From an uncultured Solirubrobacterales bacterium (GTDB taxonomy: Bacteria; Actinomycetota; Thermoleophilia; Solirubrobacterales; Solirubrobacteraceae): a stretch of 64,000 nt of DNA. The notes under the pieces are model-generated. The model saw only the letters and a program-made list of their open reading frames with translations. It was not told the DNA's origin and did not search any database. The stretch's first letter is position 1, and every line of letters begins with the position of its first letter. A program made the position numbers and the translations under genes. Positions 61,696-64,000 of the stretch are shown here, piece after piece. The DNA is taken from contig CAVPMQ010000003.1 of assembly GCA_963706565.1 (NCBI GenBank), forward strand, positions 259,119-323,118. The letters are read 5' to 3'.

Positions 61696-64000
61696 CTACC
61701 CGATCGCCGGCAGCTTCTGGCGCAGGCTCTCCAGCGGCGCGAACAGGTCGCCCTGGTCGGCGACCCGCTCGAGCACCTGCTCGGTCTCGAACGTCAGCAG
61801 CTCGGGGTCGCGCTCCTCCAGGCAGCCCGTCACCTCATCCCAGCTGACCGGAGTCGACACCGTGGGACGCTCGCGCGCGCGTACCGAGTACACGGTCACG
61901 GTCGTCTTGTGGTCGTCGTTCTGGCTCCAGTCGACCAGCACCTTGCCCTTGCGCAGTTGCTTGGTCATCCGCGAGACGACGAGCTCGGGCATCCGGGCTT
62001 CGAGCAGCTCGGCGATCCGTCGTGCGAACGGCTTGGTCTGGGCGTAGTCGACCGGCGTGTTGAGCGGCAGATACACCTGCATGCCCTTGGAGCCGGACGT
62101 CTTGATGAAGCTCTCGAGCCCGATCTGCTCGAACAACCCGCGCAGCACCAGTCCGACTCGGCAGCATTCGACGATCCCGGCGGGCGCGCCCGGATCGAGG
62201 TCGAACACCAGCATCGTCGGCTGCTGCGGGCCGGACGCGAACGCCAGCGACGTATGCAGCTCGACGTCGGCCAGGTTGCCGAGCCACACCAGCGTCGCCC
62301 GGTCCTGGGCCAGCGTGTAGTCGACCCCGCCGATCCGCTCGGTCTGCACCCACTCAGGCCGGTGCGAGGGCGACTGCTTCTCGTAGAAGTACTTGGCGTC
62401 GACGCCGTTGGGGTAGCGCTTGAGCGTCAGCGGACGATCGCGCAGGTGCGGCAGCACCGCGGGGGCCACGCGGGCGTAATAGGCGATCAGGTCGCCCTTG
62501 GTGAAGCCAGTCTCTCCGAACAGCACCTTGGTCCAGTTGGTGATCTTCAGCGTGCGCCCGTCGACGACCACCGACAGCGCTCCCTCGGGCAGGCGCTCGA
62601 CCTCGTCGAACAGCGCCTCAGGCGAGGCGGGGTCGACGCCGGCCGCGCGATCTGGTCCGGCCGTCGTGTCCCCGGCCGGGGGTTCGCCGTCGGCGCGCTC
62701 CAGCACCACTTCGCGCGCCGGCTTGTCGTCGCGAAACCCCTTGAACGAGGGGGCTCGCATGACGCCGTCGCCGGTCCACTCCCGAAACTCGATCTCGGCG
62801 ACCACCTCGGGTTCGACGAACACCGCTTCGCGCGGGAGCTTCGGTGCCGAGCCAAACCCGCTGTCGGACCGGCGCAACGGCCCCAGCCGGTCACCAAGCT
62901 CGCCCAGCGTCCGCTCGGTGAAACCGGTGCCGACGCGCCCGGCGTAGACGAACTCGCCGTCGCGGAAGTAGCCCATCAGCAGCGCGCCGATCCGTTTGCT
63001 GCGCCGCCCCTCCCCCGGGATCCAGCCGCCGATTACGAGCTCCTGCCGGCGGGTGTGCTTGATCTTCAGCCAGGCCCCGTTGCGCTTTCCGGGCTCATAG
63101 CGCGAGTTCAGGCGCTTGGCGATCACGCCCTCGAGGCCCTGGGACCGCGTCGCCTCCAGCAGGGCCGTGCCCTGGTCCGGACGCGCCGTCGGCACCCGCC
63201 AGGCGGCGCCGCCGAGCTCCAGCGCCTCCAGCGCCTCGCGCCGCTCCCGGTATGGCCGCTCCATCAGCGAGTGGCCATCCAGGTACAAGAGATCGAAGAT
63301 CGCGTAGACGACCGGCGTGCTCGCCGCCAGCCGGCGGACGGAGTTCGGCGAGGTCACGTGCATCCGCCGCTGCAGCCGCTCGAAGCTCGGCTTCGGGTGG
63401 GCGGGGTCCGAATAGTCGAACGCGACGATCTCCCCGTCGAGCACCGCCTCGTGCATCCCCAGCTGCGTCACCAGACCGCGGACCTCGGGGTAGGCGGCGG
63501 TCACGTCGTTGAGGTTGCGGCTCTCCAGCCGCAACCTGCCGGGTTGCACGTAGGCGATCGCGCGTACCCCGTCCCACTTGACCTCGAACGACCACCCCCG
63601 CTGAGGCTCGGGCAGCCGGTCGTCGGCGCGGGCCATCATCGGCACGATCCGCTCGGGGATCGGCTCCCGGTCGGGATCGTCCGGCGGATCCATCCGGTGG
63701 ATCATCCAGTCCTGCTTGGCCGACTCGTCGCGCCCGATCGGGAACAGCCCGTAGCGGCCGTTGAGGCGCTCGCCGTGGAACGTGATTTCGACCTTGCGCG
63801 GCTCCCATTTGTGCAGCTCGTAGGTGCCGGCGTCCCAGATCGTCATCGTGCCGGCGCCGTACTGGCCCTTCGGGATCTCGCCGTGGAAGTCGATGTACTC
63901 GAGCGGATGATCCTCGGTGCGGACCGCGAGCCGGTTATCGGCCGGGTCAGGCGGGATCCCGTTGGGAATCGCCCACGACGCCAGCACGCCGTCGTGCTCG
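61696..64000 (-). CDS. ligD: NHEJ DNA ligase D (phosphoesterase-ligase-polymerase), 5' end beyond the window
   Basis: PE domain SWAIP.G, EDHPLEY, YGAG; ligase EVKWDG, EGVIAK, WLKIK; polymerase RYPNG, FDLDPG, KTSGSKG, VDWSQN. Confidence 0.93.
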   Translation of the reverse strand, partial: EHDGVLASWAIPNGIPPDPADNRLAVRTEDHPLEYIDFHGEIPKGQYGAGTMTIWDAGTYELHKWEPRKVEITFHGERLNGRYGLFPIGRDESAKQDWMIHRMDPPDDPDREPIPERIVPMMARADDRLPEPQRGWSFEVKWDGVRAIAYVQPGRLRLESRNLNDVTAAYPEVRGLVTQLGMHEAVLDGEIVAFDYSDPAHPKPSFERLQRRMHVTSPNSVRRLAASTPVVYAIFDLLYLDGHSLMERPYRERREALEALELGGAAWRVPTARPDQGTALLEATRSQGLEGVIAKRLNSRYEPGKRNGAWLKIKHTRRQELVIGGWIPGEGRRSKRIGALLMGYFRDGEFVYAGRVGTGFTERTLGELGDRLGPLRRSDSGFGSAPKLPREAVFVEPEVVAEIEFREWTGDGVMRAPSFKGFRDDKPAREVVLERADGEPPAGDTTAGPDRAAGVDPASPEALFDEVERLPEGALSVVVDGRTLKITNWTKVLFGETGFTKGDLIAYYARVAPAVLPHLRDRPLTLKRYPNGVDAKYFYEKQSPSHRPEWVQTERIGGVDYTLAQDRATLVWLGNLADVELHTSLAFASGPQQPTMLVFDLDPGAPAGIVECCRVGLVLRGLFEQIGLESFIKTSGSKGMQVYLPLNTPVDYAQTKPFARRIAELLEARMPELVVSRMTKQLRKGKVLVDWSQNDDHKTTVTVYSVRARERPTVSTPVSWDEVTGCLEERDPELLTFETEQVLERVADQGDLFAPLESLRQKLPAIG

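Overview
High-GC actinobacterial chromosome segment. Gene content and protein sequences fit Thermoleophilia/Solirubrobacterales (inference). Most of it is housekeeping: uppP, ggt, parA-ftsZ, ppa, an rpoD-type sigma, moeA, glpX, egtB-egtD, beta-oxidation genes, korAB, a cold-shock protein, arfB, ftsH and ligD. It also holds two c-di-AMP (ydaO) riboswitches in front of cell-wall enzymes. Many genes carry single-base frameshifts, most likely long-read or assembly errors. Two accessory blocks stand out. (1) A ~13 kb amine/polyamine uptake and catabolism cluster (9.4-22.6 kb) lies between two normally adjacent ArsA/GET3-like ATPase genes. (2) The best candidate for an undescribed system is at 26.7-35.1 kb. 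There a SigB/SigF-type sigma factor, fused to a ribbon-helix-helix domain and a C-terminal membrane helix, is divergent from a run of exported proteins. These include a 646-aa protein of seven Gln/Asn/Ala/Ser/Gly repeats (86-aa period in repeats 3-7) with CxxxC loops, and a membrane-anchored partner carrying the same Gln-ladder/CxxxC motif. The arrangement suggests a secreted cross-beta (functional-amyloid-like) fibre with a nucleator/anchor. Also notable are a ParA-coupled FtsZ with an N-terminal extension outside a dcw cluster, and a riboswitch-controlled RlpA-like gene with no canonical start codon. No tRNA, rRNA, CRISPR array, transposase or integrase was recognised.
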